DNA of 64,000 nucleotides from Candidatus Babelota bacterium (GTDB lineage Bacteria; Babelota; Babeliae; Babelales; Vermiphilaceae): NCBI GenBank assembly GCA_049325595.1, contig JBMOLF010000015.1, positions 74,479 to 138,478 of the forward strand, read 5' to 3'. Shown piece by piece: positions 36,148 to 45,874 of this stretch (position 1 is its first letter; each line of letters starts with the position of its first letter). The notes under the pieces were generated by a model. It saw only the letters and a program-made list of their open reading frames with translations, ran no database searches and was not told where the DNA came from. The position numbers and the translations under genes were made by a program.

Positions 36148-36870
36148 ATGAAATATCTACTCTCGCTTGTTCTTGTAATTTCACCACTTTCTTCAATCAA
36201 TGCGATGAATAAAAATAGTTCATTTATAAAAATTGAACTTCATCCAGAACAATCACTCTATCCAAAATGCGAAAATATTTATGAACCCTGGGATGAAAAT
36301 GTATGCGGTTACTGGAGCATGAATCGGCGACTTGACGAGTACGACTATAGTGTTGGATATAATGATTCAAAATGCATGCTGAGATTTGTAACCTCTAGAC
36401 CATACATCAAAAAATGTATTTACGGAAAAGATCATCCCTCTATTTGTATGCCTAATCGTCAAAACGCAGATGCAAAAAAAATATTGCGAGAAATTCGTGT
36501 AGCAAAATCTATCTCTCCTTCTCTATTAAAAACTGTTTCGCAAAAGCATTGGCTTTATTTTCGTGAGCAGGTACTATACCAGGTAAAAGATCACTATTAT
36601 CAAAAAGTTTGCCATGAAAATGAGCAGTACCACTATGGGTTAACGAACGAAAAAATGCCAGATTATTATCGACCCTGTAAAACCTACTACGAACGAAAAA
36701 ATTGGTATTATTTTCAAAAGAAGGTATTAAAAGAATTGCCAATTAAATACGCATTAGGAATAATTAAGCAACATTTTCAATCGCGGCCACTGTCTGCAGG
36801 AAACCAAAGCATAGTAACTACGCAAAGTTCAACGGTAGCTTACGTGCCCCATAATTCAATAGAAGCATAA
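36148..36870 (+). CDS. secreted hypothetical Cys/Tyr-rich protein
   Basis: ATG at 36148 gives MKYLLSLVLVISPLSSINAM (the ORF track start at 36118 is TTG). No recognised domain. Confidence 0.5.
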   Translation: MKYLLSLVLVISPLSSINAMNKNSSFIKIELHPEQSLYPKCENIYEPWDENVCGYWSMNRRLDEYDYSVGYNDSKCMLRFVTSRPYIKKCIYGKDHPSICMPNRQNADAKKILREIRVAKSISPSLLKTVSQKHWLYFREQVLYQVKDHYYQKVCHENEQYHYGLTNEKMPDYYRPCKTYYERKNWYYFQKKVLKELPIKYALGIIKQHFQSRPLSAGNQSIVTTQSSTVAYVPHNSIEA

Positions 36871-36904
36871 AAAGGAGGCGCTTTTTAACAGCGCCCCAAT
36901 CTTT

Positions 36905-38566
36905 TTAGTGCAATTGAACAGGTAATATTCCTTGAGCTTTTTTAGTTCGTTTTAAAATGGCAGCAACTTCTTGTTGTGCTATTGGATCAGCTTCATATGC
37001 AATTAATGCTCGTGTTGCCTTATCTAAATTATTTAAAAAGTAGGGTGAACCAAAAAGCGCAATAATGGTAGTTGTTTTTTCTTGTAATGCGTTAATGAGT
37101 TTTAAGCTATTTTCAGATACCCCAAATTGTTTGTGTGGATCGCGTGTCATGCCAAATAATGCTACTATTGCAGGTTTTGCAGCATCAATTTTTTCAATAA
37201 TTGTTTCAATCTCATCAGTGCTTGGTTTTTTTGAGAGCTTAAACAAATTTTTTGATTCGATAGGTAGCGATTGAATAAATGCATCTTTTGGTGCACTACC
37301 AATTTGTATAACTGTTGCATCATCTAAGGTGAATTCTTCTTGATTAAAATTATATGCGGTTATAGATTGCTCAAAAACTTTTTGTTTAAGAGTCAAAGCA
37401 GTGTCGCTGTTAATAATTTGATCATAGTTTTCAAGCGCATGTGTTTGCCAATTGCGTTGTGAAAAAATCCATTCTTTTGCTTTGAGTATGCGCAATACAT
37501 GAGCGTCAAGTTCTTGCTCTGAAATAGTTCCGTGGTCAATTGCATGTTCGATGCATGCAACAGCACGAGAAACATCGGTAGGACACAATAAAATATCATT
37601 GCCTGCTTGCAAAGCTTTTAATTCTAATTCACCTGGTTTGTAATGGTCTGAGACGGCACGCATCATTAATGCATCGGTGATAATTAATCCATTAAATGCC
37701 ATTTCATTGCGCAGTAAATCAGTAATCATTTTGGGTGAAAGACTTGAAGTAATGTTTTCATCTAGCGCAGGGATGCGCAAATGGGCTGTCATAATTGATT
37801 TGACTTGTTCAGTGATCATTGCTTTAAATGGTGCAAGCTCTATTTCGTTTAATCGCTCACGTGAGTGATTAATGGTTGGTAATTCATGGTGTGAATCGAG
37901 ATCAGTGTCACCATGACCCGGAAAATGTTTTGCACAGGCAATAATACCGGCGTTTTGTAATCCTTCAGTATACGCAATTGCTTTTTCTATAACGGTATTG
38001 GGTTGTGAACCAAACGATCGAAAGCCAATAACCGGATTATTAGGATTATTATTAACATCAACCACCGGTGCAAAATTAATATTTACACCAAGTGCCTGAC
38101 AATGCTTGCCTGTTTCATAAGCAACATCATAAATGAGTGTTGGGTTTTGTACGGCACCAAGTGACATTGCGCAGGGGAAACGTAAGCTGCCGTTTTGATT
38201 TCTACTTCCGGTACCTGCTTCGTAATCCTGTGCGATGAATAATGGTACTTTACTTGCATCTTGAAACTTATTCGTGTACGATACTTGCTCCTTAAGTTCG
38301 CCTGTTCCTAAAAAAATTACGCCGCCGATATTATATTTTTGAATCAAATGTTTTACATAGGTTTTATCAACGCCAAGGTTTTTTTGCGTATACCACCATT
38401 CATTGCGCGTATCTTCGGGGTTAGTTACCGCAGTTACGATAAACAATTGACCTATTTTTTCTTGCAGCGACATTTTCTTGAGTGTTTGCTCTGCCCATGA
38501 TGATTGGCTTGCATCAAGAGCGTTATTGAGTAGGGTAAACATTAGTATAAAAAATTTTTTATACAT
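36905..38566 (-). CDS. secreted glycoside hydrolase family 3 (beta-N-acetylhexosaminidase/NagZ-like N-domain plus C-terminal domain)
   Basis: 553 aa with a signal peptide. GH3 motifs DYEAGTG, NFAPVVDV and KHFPGHGDTDLDSHHELP. Confidence 0.82.
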   Translation of the reverse strand: MYKKFFILMFTLLNNALDASQSSWAEQTLKKMSLQEKIGQLFIVTAVTNPEDTRNEWWYTQKNLGVDKTYVKHLIQKYNIGGVIFLGTGELKEQVSYTNKFQDASKVPLFIAQDYEAGTGSRNQNGSLRFPCAMSLGAVQNPTLIYDVAYETGKHCQALGVNINFAPVVDVNNNPNNPVIGFRSFGSQPNTVIEKAIAYTEGLQNAGIIACAKHFPGHGDTDLDSHHELPTINHSRERLNEIELAPFKAMITEQVKSIMTAHLRIPALDENITSSLSPKMITDLLRNEMAFNGLIITDALMMRAVSDHYKPGELELKALQAGNDILLCPTDVSRAVACIEHAIDHGTISEQELDAHVLRILKAKEWIFSQRNWQTHALENYDQIINSDTALTLKQKVFEQSITAYNFNQEEFTLDDATVIQIGSAPKDAFIQSLPIESKNLFKLSKKPSTDEIETIIEKIDAAKPAIVALFGMTRDPHKQFGVSENSLKLINALQEKTTTIIALFGSPYFLNNLDKATRALIAYEADPIAQQEVAAILKRTKKAQGILPVQLH

Positions 38567-38642
38567 ACTTGGATCCTTTTTTAAAATTGTTTTAATAAGT
38601 CATTGCACAGTGTAGCGAACCACTAACATAGGTCAATAAAAA

Positions 38643-38664
38643 AGGCCGGACAAATGTCCGGCCT
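38643..38664 (-). terminator. rho-independent terminator between GH1 and GH3 genes
   Basis: ggccggac-aaat-gtccggcc, followed on the minus strand by a T-run. Confidence 0.65.
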
Positions 38665-38682
38665 CTTAAAAAATTTAGTTAA

Positions 38683-40260
38683 TTAGCAGAAAGTTGCTTG
38701 GATTATTTTTTGATAATATTCAGCGCCAACTTTTTTAGTACGTGGTAATTGTGGGTCATTAAAATCTACTTTGAATAATCCATACCGTTTAGAATAAGTT
38801 CCCCATTCGTAATTATCTAACAATGACCAATAAAAATAACCACGCACATCATGGCCTGCTGAAATAGCACGTGCGAGTGCATATAAATAGCGCTGTAAAA
38901 ATAACTCACGATGAGATTCGTTATCAGTACCAATACCATTTTCAGTTACATAAATTGGTATATTTAATGGCTTTGCAACGTTGTTTGAAATTTCTTCTAT
39001 CGCACGATAGAGACCTTCACCATAAATAGTGTAGCGTTCATTATTTGCCGGAATTTCATTTTTCTCATCGCGCAAGATTGTTTTGCCTTTCATGTAGCCA
39101 TGGCAATAATAATTAAGGCCGATGAAATCAAGGCATTTACCACCATTTTTGATGTACTCATTTACCGGAAATTTCTTATTAACTTTAGTTGGTGTGTATA
39201 CATGCAATAAGCCGGTTTTTAAATAGGTGTAGAATGTACTGTTTACCAACTGATTACCAAAGTAACACAATAAATGATCACCTGGGTGATATAAGCGCCA
39301 TGGATCTAATTGATAAATATTTTTTAATACACCAATGCGTGAAGTGTCACCGCCCGGTAATGCTTTTAAAGTGCGATACACTGCAACGTGTGCTTCAAAT
39401 AAATTATGCATTACGTCGGCCATTAATTCCCATTGATCTTTTTTAGCTGGAGGTTTTAAGCCTTGCGTCCAACCCGTTAATGCATATGATTCAGGGGCAT
39501 TAAAGGTAAGCCATAAGTGAACATAAGAATGTAAGCGTTCAAATACTGTTTTTGCAAAAAATACAAAATGTTCTATGTTTTCTGCTTTTTCCCATCCACC
39601 TAAATCGCCAAACCAAATTGGATCGGTGTAATGATACAGCGTGATAACGGGTTTAATACCTTTTGCAACCAGTTGTTTGCACACGTCTTCATAATGATCT
39701 AAGGCCGTGTAATCGATAACTCCTGGTTGAGGAACTATTTTGCTCCATTCAACTGAAAATCGATACCCGTTTAATCCAAAATCAGCCATGAGTGCAATGT
39801 CTTCAGGATATTTATTCCAGTGATCACAGGCAATACCAGCATCAACTATTTTTCCTTGTTGTTCAGGGCTATTAGCATAGGCATACCAATTGTTGTTTGT
39901 GCAACCACCTTCAACTTGGTGCGCAGAAGTACCGCTTCCCCATAACCACATATCATTTTGCGCAGCTAATTTTTGAGCATGATGTTTAAAAAATGTTCCG
40001 ATAGGTTGATTGTTAATGCGATCGGTATGTATAGCTGCCCAATTCCAAGAAATAGTATTTAAATGGTTAGTGACTGCCTTGTATGCATATAAACTTCCTA
40101 TAGCAGTAGCAGGTAATACTACTGCAGCAACTGGATTTTCTTTTGCTTGCTGCCAGGCATTATTAGTAAGGTGAGTAACATATTCCATACCCTGTGCTGG
40201 TTGGTGTATAACACCTAATGCAACAAGCGATAGTAATAATTTTTTCATCACATAGTTCAT
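38683..40260 (-). CDS. secreted GH1-family glycosidase-like protein lacking the canonical acid/base Glu
   Basis: 525 aa. GH1 blocks RFSVEWSKI, TLYHYTDP, nucleophile motif YVTENG and WSLLDNYEW. The T(F/L)NEP position reads TFNAP. The ATG overlaps the upstream stop (ATGA). Confidence 0.8.
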   Translation of the reverse strand: MNYVMKKLLLSLVALGVIHQPAQGMEYVTHLTNNAWQQAKENPVAAVVLPATAIGSLYAYKAVTNHLNTISWNWAAIHTDRINNQPIGTFFKHHAQKLAAQNDMWLWGSGTSAHQVEGGCTNNNWYAYANSPEQQGKIVDAGIACDHWNKYPEDIALMADFGLNGYRFSVEWSKIVPQPGVIDYTALDHYEDVCKQLVAKGIKPVITLYHYTDPIWFGDLGGWEKAENIEHFVFFAKTVFERLHSYVHLWLTFNAPESYALTGWTQGLKPPAKKDQWELMADVMHNLFEAHVAVYRTLKALPGGDTSRIGVLKNIYQLDPWRLYHPGDHLLCYFGNQLVNSTFYTYLKTGLLHVYTPTKVNKKFPVNEYIKNGGKCLDFIGLNYYCHGYMKGKTILRDEKNEIPANNERYTIYGEGLYRAIEEISNNVAKPLNIPIYVTENGIGTDNESHRELFLQRYLYALARAISAGHDVRGYFYWSLLDNYEWGTYSKRYGLFKVDFNDPQLPRTKKVGAEYYQKIIQATFC

Positions 40261-41765
40261 GCAATAATCTCCTTGTTAAATTTATTTATCACATCAATAT
40301 AGTATTGTGCGCCGGGTTTGAGCGAGCGTTTTTGTGTAGCATAATCAATTGCACATAACCCATATTTTTTACTATAGGTTCCCCACTCATAGTTGTCCAT
40401 GAGCGACCATACAATATATCCACGTACATCGTGACCTTCATTTATTGCTTGTGAAAGGGCATATAGATATCGTTTAAAAAACAATTCACGATCAGCTTCA
40501 CTCGAGGTGCTAATACCATTTTCGGTAACATAAATAGGAATATTCAGCGGTTTTGCTAGATGAGTTGATATATCAACAATAGCGCGATACAAGCCTTCAG
40601 GATATATAGTATAAATAGGATTATCGGTTATTGTTTCGCCTGGATAGGTAGTAACATCTCGACTTTGCATTAAGCCATGTGAGTAATAATTAAGACCGAT
40701 AAAATCAAGACTTTGAGGGGCCAGTTTGTTGCTGTATTTTAATTTTGCCGTAAAAGGAACGCTTATTTTAACTTCGCCCTTTGTAAAGAAATTGTATACA
40801 TTTTCATCAAACAATGAACGCGCTGCTTTGCAACCCATACCGTCAAACCATCCAGAACCTGGTTCTACTTGATAGATATTGTGAAGTATACCTATGTGTG
40901 ATGATGTGCCACCTTCTAATGTTTTTAATGCATGATAAGTTTGTACGTGTGCTTCTAATACATTTTTTAATACTTCTTGTGCCCGTTGCATACTCGGCTT
41001 GCCACCAGGGTAGGCCATCTGTTTATAATAACAGCGCGCTACATAACTGGTTGGTGAATTAAAGGTAAGCCACAAGTGAACATACGATTGCAAGCGTTCA
41101 AATACGATAGCTGCAAACTTAACAAAATGAGAAATATTTTCTTGATTCTCAAAGCCACCTTTTAATGCAAACCATTTAGGGCTCGTGTAATGATGCAGGG
41201 TGATAACTGGTTTTATGCCAGCTTTAATAAGTGCTTTGCAAACATCCTCGTAATGATCAAGTACTGCTTGATTGATTTTTCCTTGCTCTGGTTCAATTTT
41301 GCTCCATTCAACAGAAAATCTAAATGTATTAATGCCTAGCGATTGCATGAGTGCAATATCTTCTTCATACCGATTCCAATGATCGCAAGCTGTCCCAGTT
41401 TTTTCTTCAACGTTGCCTGTTTCTTCCCATAGGCACCAATCATTGTTAGTGCAATTTCCTTCTACTTGATGAGCAGAGGTACCGACACCCCACAAAAAGT
41501 GCTCAGGGAATTGTAGATTTTGTTCATTGATTAATGACCAATCCCAATATAAAGGAGTGCTTGTTTTGATAGGCGTTTCTTGATACACATATGATGGAAA
41601 TTCTTTTTCAGCAACAACAGCCACTGATGCTTTAGATTGTGTTGATTCTTGATGTTGTTTGACTGTTTTTTTATTGCAAGCAGGGATAAGTACTAATCCA
41701 GCTGCAATGGCAAGAATAGCTATGCTAAGACGTGACATAATAACCTCTATTTTTATAACCTTCAT
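40257..41765 (-). CDS. secreted (possibly lipoprotein) GH1-family glycosidase-like protein lacking the canonical acid/base Glu
   Basis: 502 aa. The same GH1 blocks, with YVTENG present and the NEP position reading TFNSP. N-terminus LVLIPAC is lipobox-like. Alternative start at 41738. Confidence 0.8.
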   Translation of the reverse strand: MKVIKIEVIMSRLSIAILAIAAGLVLIPACNKKTVKQHQESTQSKASVAVVAEKEFPSYVYQETPIKTSTPLYWDWSLINEQNLQFPEHFLWGVGTSAHQVEGNCTNNDWCLWEETGNVEEKTGTACDHWNRYEEDIALMQSLGINTFRFSVEWSKIEPEQGKINQAVLDHYEDVCKALIKAGIKPVITLHHYTSPKWFALKGGFENQENISHFVKFAAIVFERLQSYVHLWLTFNSPTSYVARCYYKQMAYPGGKPSMQRAQEVLKNVLEAHVQTYHALKTLEGGTSSHIGILHNIYQVEPGSGWFDGMGCKAARSLFDENVYNFFTKGEVKISVPFTAKLKYSNKLAPQSLDFIGLNYYSHGLMQSRDVTTYPGETITDNPIYTIYPEGLYRAIVDISTHLAKPLNIPIYVTENGISTSSEADRELFFKRYLYALSQAINEGHDVRGYIVWSLMDNYEWGTYSKKYGLCAIDYATQKRSLKPGAQYYIDVINKFNKEIIA

Positions 41766-41936
41766 TTACTTATAGTTTAATACAACATAATCAAATCGTC
41801 AAAATTGATCCAAATAGTAAGTTTTTATTCGATAAAAGCTAAAAAAAAGTAAGTTGTCATCTCTGGGGCTGTTGTTATACTAGGTGCCGGACGCTTAAAT
41901 GAAAGATTAAACATGAATATATGAATTTTTATTGGC

Positions 41937-42569
41937 TTGTTATTAGTGAGTTTTCCTATCATATCAAGTGAAAAAAGTCTTACCAAAATTTTAAGTAAAG
42001 ATTTTAATCTCGGTAAAAAACGCGTTGAAAATCTGTTTAATGAAGCACGAATGCTTCCAACCAAAGAAAAAAGAGCATGTTTTTTAAAAGATTTCTGTAT
42101 TCGGCACATTCATAAAAATATAGATCAAGCAGCACGTAATTTGCAAAATCGAGTAGTTGATATACAAAAAATTAAACAGGCAGCTAATGAAATAAAAAAA
42201 ATGACAACTAGTGCCTCTGGTATAGTAAATGAAGATGGATTAATAAATAAGAAAAAATTACTTTTGTATGCTCCTGATAATCTAGAATGTCAATTATTAG
42301 ATCAAATATCTGATATTTGTTGTCCTGTTTGTTATGAATATTATGCTATCGACGTAATTGGCGGAACGGCACAAAAAATTTTTTTGGGTTGTCATCCTAC
42401 TCATACCATATGCTCCAAAGATGTGAGTTCGCTCTTTACTAAAGAGCAATGCCCTCATTGTAGACAGCGCATTAGTATAAATTCAATACGACAACAAATA
42501 AACCTGCATGATGCCTATCAAAAAAGAGATCAATTTCTAAAACTAAAGGAACAGCATGAAAAAAATTAG
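41937..42569 (+). CDS. RING-type zinc-finger protein (putative E3 ubiquitin ligase mimic), paralog 1
   Basis: C-terminal CPVC-x19-C-x3-H-x2-C-x2-D-x9-CPHC followed by RQRI. Only a TTG start is in frame; an ATG at 41921 is out of frame by 1 nt across a T5 run. Confidence 0.65.
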   Translation: MLLVSFPIISSEKSLTKILSKDFNLGKKRVENLFNEARMLPTKEKRACFLKDFCIRHIHKNIDQAARNLQNRVVDIQKIKQAANEIKKMTTSASGIVNEDGLINKKKLLLYAPDNLECQLLDQISDICCPVCYEYYAIDVIGGTAQKIFLGCHPTHTICSKDVSSLFTKEQCPHCRQRISINSIRQQINLHDAYQKRDQFLKLKEQHEKN

Positions 42570-43743
42570 TTTGTCGATTGTATTTTTACTATCGATTGTA
42601 CAATCAATGCACGCATCATGGTACGATTTCTTTAAAGCATTACATGATATGCTTGAAAAAATTGAACAAGAAGCAAAGCCGGTTCATCAAACAACACCAC
42701 TACAAAAACGGGATTTAGAATATTATTTGCAACAATTTAGATCAGATCTTTCAGGACTTGAAGCGGCTGATATAGAGCGTATTGTTTCACTTGCACGAAC
42801 TTCGCTGCTTTCACTTGGTACCACATCTATAACAAAAGACTATCTAGATCAAGCATTACGATCGGCCTTGGTTGAGCAATCATATCAATCAGCTTATACG
42901 AAAGCAAAACAATTAGGAGCATCAGAAAATTTTGCACAACGCTTTGCGCAATCTATCCAGGGAAATGTTATTGCTCGTTTAGAAAAAGCACAAAACATTA
43001 ATGGTCTTGCGTATGTGCAATTTTTTGGTAAGGAATTAGAATATACTCTCAAAAAAGAATTAAAAGCAAATCAGCCTTCTCAGCCAGCTTATTCACCGTC
43101 ATATCAAGCTCCAACAAGCCAAACTTCATATCATTTTCCTATAGCAGAGCACATGAATATGCTCCATAAAAAATTACAAGAGCTTAATCTTTCTGAGGCT
43201 GAAGTTAATACGCTTTTGCATCGAGTTAAGAATGAACTATCTGCTCATTTTGTTACTGACAAAAATGCAATCTCACTTACTAAAAAGGCATTAAAAGAAT
43301 GGTTTGACCAAGTAATACAACAAAATTGTAATGCATTACAATTTGAGGTAGTCGATCTTTATAAGCTTAAAGAAGGCTGCGAGCAAGTGCGTCGGTTGCT
43401 TAATAGTAAAGAAGGTTTAGATTTTGATTCAGCAGTATTTGCAGTTGCCAAATTGCGTAAATTTACACCCAAAGAAGTAACTGAAACTATCTTGGACAAC
43501 ATTGATAAAATACGCTGCTCAATTTGTATGGAATATTTTATTGAAGAAATGAAAACAAAAGGAACAGTACATCGCGTTGTGTTATCATGCCCATCAAAAC
43601 ATGCAATTTGCGCGCATGATGCTGCATGGAGTTTGCAATCGGGAGCATGTCCTGAATGTAAGGCACCAATTAATAAGAATAACTTACAGCAACAAATTAA
43701 TGCGCTGCACAATGCGCCATCAGCTCCACCAATGGGCGCATAA
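42556..43743 (+). CDS. secreted RING-type zinc-finger protein (putative E3 ubiquitin ligase mimic), paralog 2
   Basis: 395 aa with a signal peptide. C-terminal CSIC-x20-C-x3-H-x2-C-x2-D-x9-CPEC, with the Trp (AAWSL) typical of RING E2-binding surfaces. Confidence 0.7.
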   Translation: MKKISLSIVFLLSIVQSMHASWYDFFKALHDMLEKIEQEAKPVHQTTPLQKRDLEYYLQQFRSDLSGLEAADIERIVSLARTSLLSLGTTSITKDYLDQALRSALVEQSYQSAYTKAKQLGASENFAQRFAQSIQGNVIARLEKAQNINGLAYVQFFGKELEYTLKKELKANQPSQPAYSPSYQAPTSQTSYHFPIAEHMNMLHKKLQELNLSEAEVNTLLHRVKNELSAHFVTDKNAISLTKKALKEWFDQVIQQNCNALQFEVVDLYKLKEGCEQVRRLLNSKEGLDFDSAVFAVAKLRKFTPKEVTETILDNIDKIRCSICMEYFIEEMKTKGTVHRVVLSCPSKHAICAHDAAWSLQSGACPECKAPINKNNLQQQINALHNAPSAPPMGA

Positions 43744-43758
43744 AATTAATGAAAAATT

Positions 43759-43783
43759 AGGCCGGTTTGCCGGCCTTTTTTTA
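43759..43783 (+). terminator. rho-independent terminator
   Basis: aggccgg-tttg-ccggcct followed by a T8 run. Confidence 0.75.
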
Positions 43784-43845
43784 TAATTAAATATTGTGAT
43801 GTGGTAAATAAGCTTATTACCCTAAAATAAAAAGGGGATAAAAAG

Positions 43846-44136
43846 ATGAAGCACTATGCAATTATAGTAGGGTTAATTGTTATCACACCATTCTTATCTG
43901 CATCAGAAAACAAAGAAAATACCTTAGCAAAACCACACAAAAAAAATATAAAGCTCCCATTTAATGTAGGCTTTACCAATGATTTGTATGAAAAGAAAAA
44001 AAAGTCTAAGCCGGAAGATGATTATGCAGGGCGTATGACACCTCGTCCTCTTACTGCGCGAGAAGAATTTCAAGAGTCGCTTAAACGACTCTTGTGTTGT
44101 GTGATTTGCAAAAAAGATTACGATGAACTGGAATAA
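43846..44136 (+). CDS. small secreted protein ending in a single C-x2-C knuckle (possible truncated RING paralog)
   Basis: 96 aa with a signal peptide. The C-terminus LLCCVICKKDYDELE-stop resembles ICCPVCYEYY and CSICMEYF of the neighbouring RING proteins. The stop abuts the ychF 3' end. Confidence 0.35.
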   Translation: MKHYAIIVGLIVITPFLSASENKENTLAKPHKKNIKLPFNVGFTNDLYEKKKKSKPEDDYAGRMTPRPLTAREEFQESLKRLLCCVICKKDYDELE

Positions 44137-45249
44137 TTACACATTAAATTTAATGTGTACTATATCACCATCTTGTACTAAATAATGTTGGCCTTCTACG
44201 CGAATTTTGCCCGCTTCTTTTAATTTTGCTTCAGTACCCAATGTTACTAAATCTTTATAATTAAAAATATCAGCGCAAATAAAGCCGCGTTCCAGATCTG
44301 AATGTATTTCGCCCGCTGCTTGACGGATGGTGATACCTTTTTTAATGGGCCATGCATGAATTTCTTTAGGTCCGCAGGTAAAGAAGGTGATAAGGCCAAG
44401 ATGTTCATAAGTTTTTTTAATGATAGTATCCAAGCTTCGTTGTTTTAACCCAACGAGCGACATTATTTCTTGTGCATCTTCATCACTCATTTGAGCAAGT
44501 TCGCCTTCAAGTTTTGCGCAAACAGGAATTACGCGATCAGCACCAAAGTGCGCAACAAGTTTTTGATAATTTTTATTAGTCGTGTATGCGTCATTTTCAA
44601 TTTCATGTTCTGCAACGTTGGCAATAATCAAGAAATTTTTTGCTGACAATAAGGGAATAGTTTTTACTGATGATTCATTAACAAGCTGCTGTACCGTTTT
44701 AACATCAGCATTATCAAGCGCTGTTTTAACTTTTTTGAGCAATTCTAGTTCAGCTTCTAATTCTTTTTTCTCAGTTGGGTTATTTTGTGCTTTTTTAAGT
44801 GAATGTTCAGCTTTTTCAATTCGTTTAATAACCGACTCTAAGTCTTTGAGCATAAGTTCAGAAACAATAATCTCATAATCAATCAGAGGATCAATTTCAT
44901 TTTGAGTGGAGATAATATTAGGATCTTCAAAGCAACGCAATACATGTAAAATTAAATTTACTTGTTGAATATGGCTTAAAAATTGGTTACCAAGGCCTTC
45001 GCCAGAAGCAGCTCCTTTAACTAAGCCTGCAATGTCTACAAAAGTTACTGAAGCAGGAATTTGTTTTTGCGAACTATATGCTTTTTGGAGTACATCCATG
45101 CGCTCATCAGGTACTTCGGTGATCGCAATATGAGGATCGATGGTACAAAATGGATAGTTTTCAGCAGGAATACTAGATTTGGTTAAAGCATTAAAAAGGG
45201 TTGATTTGCCCACATTAGGGAGGCCAACTAAGCCAGCTTGAATACTCAT
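44137..45249 (-). CDS. ychF: ribosome-binding ATPase YchF
   Basis: 370 aa. G1 GLVGLPNVGKSTLFNALT, a TGS-like C-terminus and the typical coiled-coil insert. Confidence 0.93.
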   Translation of the reverse strand: MSIQAGLVGLPNVGKSTLFNALTKSSIPAENYPFCTIDPHIAITEVPDERMDVLQKAYSSQKQIPASVTFVDIAGLVKGAASGEGLGNQFLSHIQQVNLILHVLRCFEDPNIISTQNEIDPLIDYEIIVSELMLKDLESVIKRIEKAEHSLKKAQNNPTEKKELEAELELLKKVKTALDNADVKTVQQLVNESSVKTIPLLSAKNFLIIANVAEHEIENDAYTTNKNYQKLVAHFGADRVIPVCAKLEGELAQMSDEDAQEIMSLVGLKQRSLDTIIKKTYEHLGLITFFTCGPKEIHAWPIKKGITIRQAAGEIHSDLERGFICADIFNYKDLVTLGTEAKLKEAGKIRVEGQHYLVQDGDIVHIKFNV

Positions 45250-45438
45250 TGATTGATAACCTTAAATAATATGTCTTTTATGTATTATTCTAGTGTGGGA
45301 CAAAAAAGGAGTTTTTTCAAATTTTTATTCATTTATTTGGATATGAATCATCATAATCTAGAAAAATATTAATCGTTTATGTTACTATCTGTATTAGGGA
45401 TAAAAATATCTTTTTAACGTTAAAAAAGGAGAGACGTT

Positions 45439-45702
45439 ATGCATTGTCATTCACCATTAGGCAAATTAGTTTGCAAATTAAGCTGGTTGTTAACTGCAAT
45501 TGGTGCAATTCTATGGGGTTTAATTCCTTTTGGTTTTGACTTTTGGAAGTCAGACTTTGTTGTTAACAATATTCCTTGGATTGTAACTCCTGCTTTATAT
45601 ATAGTTGGTATCGCGGGTGTTTTAAGCTTAATAGGCTTTTTTAAGCACTGTGCTGATAAGCATGCTTGTCCAGAAGAAACTGGCAGACCATACAATCGCT
45701 AA
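45439..45702 (+). CDS. DUF378-like small membrane protein
   Basis: 87 aa with two TM helices. LLTAIGAILWGLIPFGFDF resembles the DUF378 G..NWGL....FDL motif. Followed by the hairpin gggtgc...gcaccc plus a T-run (45727-45752). Confidence 0.5.
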   Translation: MHCHSPLGKLVCKLSWLLTAIGAILWGLIPFGFDFWKSDFVVNNIPWIVTPALYIVGIAGVLSLIGFFKHCADKHACPEETGRPYNR

Positions 45703-45874
45703 TTATTCTAATTAGTAAAAGATTAAGGGGTGCTGATGAGGCACCCTTTTTTATGACCTAAAGATGATTGAAATTAATAAAATTAACAAAAAAATAATAA
45801 AAATGATTGTATAGTTATCAAAAATCTGCCAAAATTGACAATAAGCTTAACAAATTTGGGAGATTTTTGATAAC

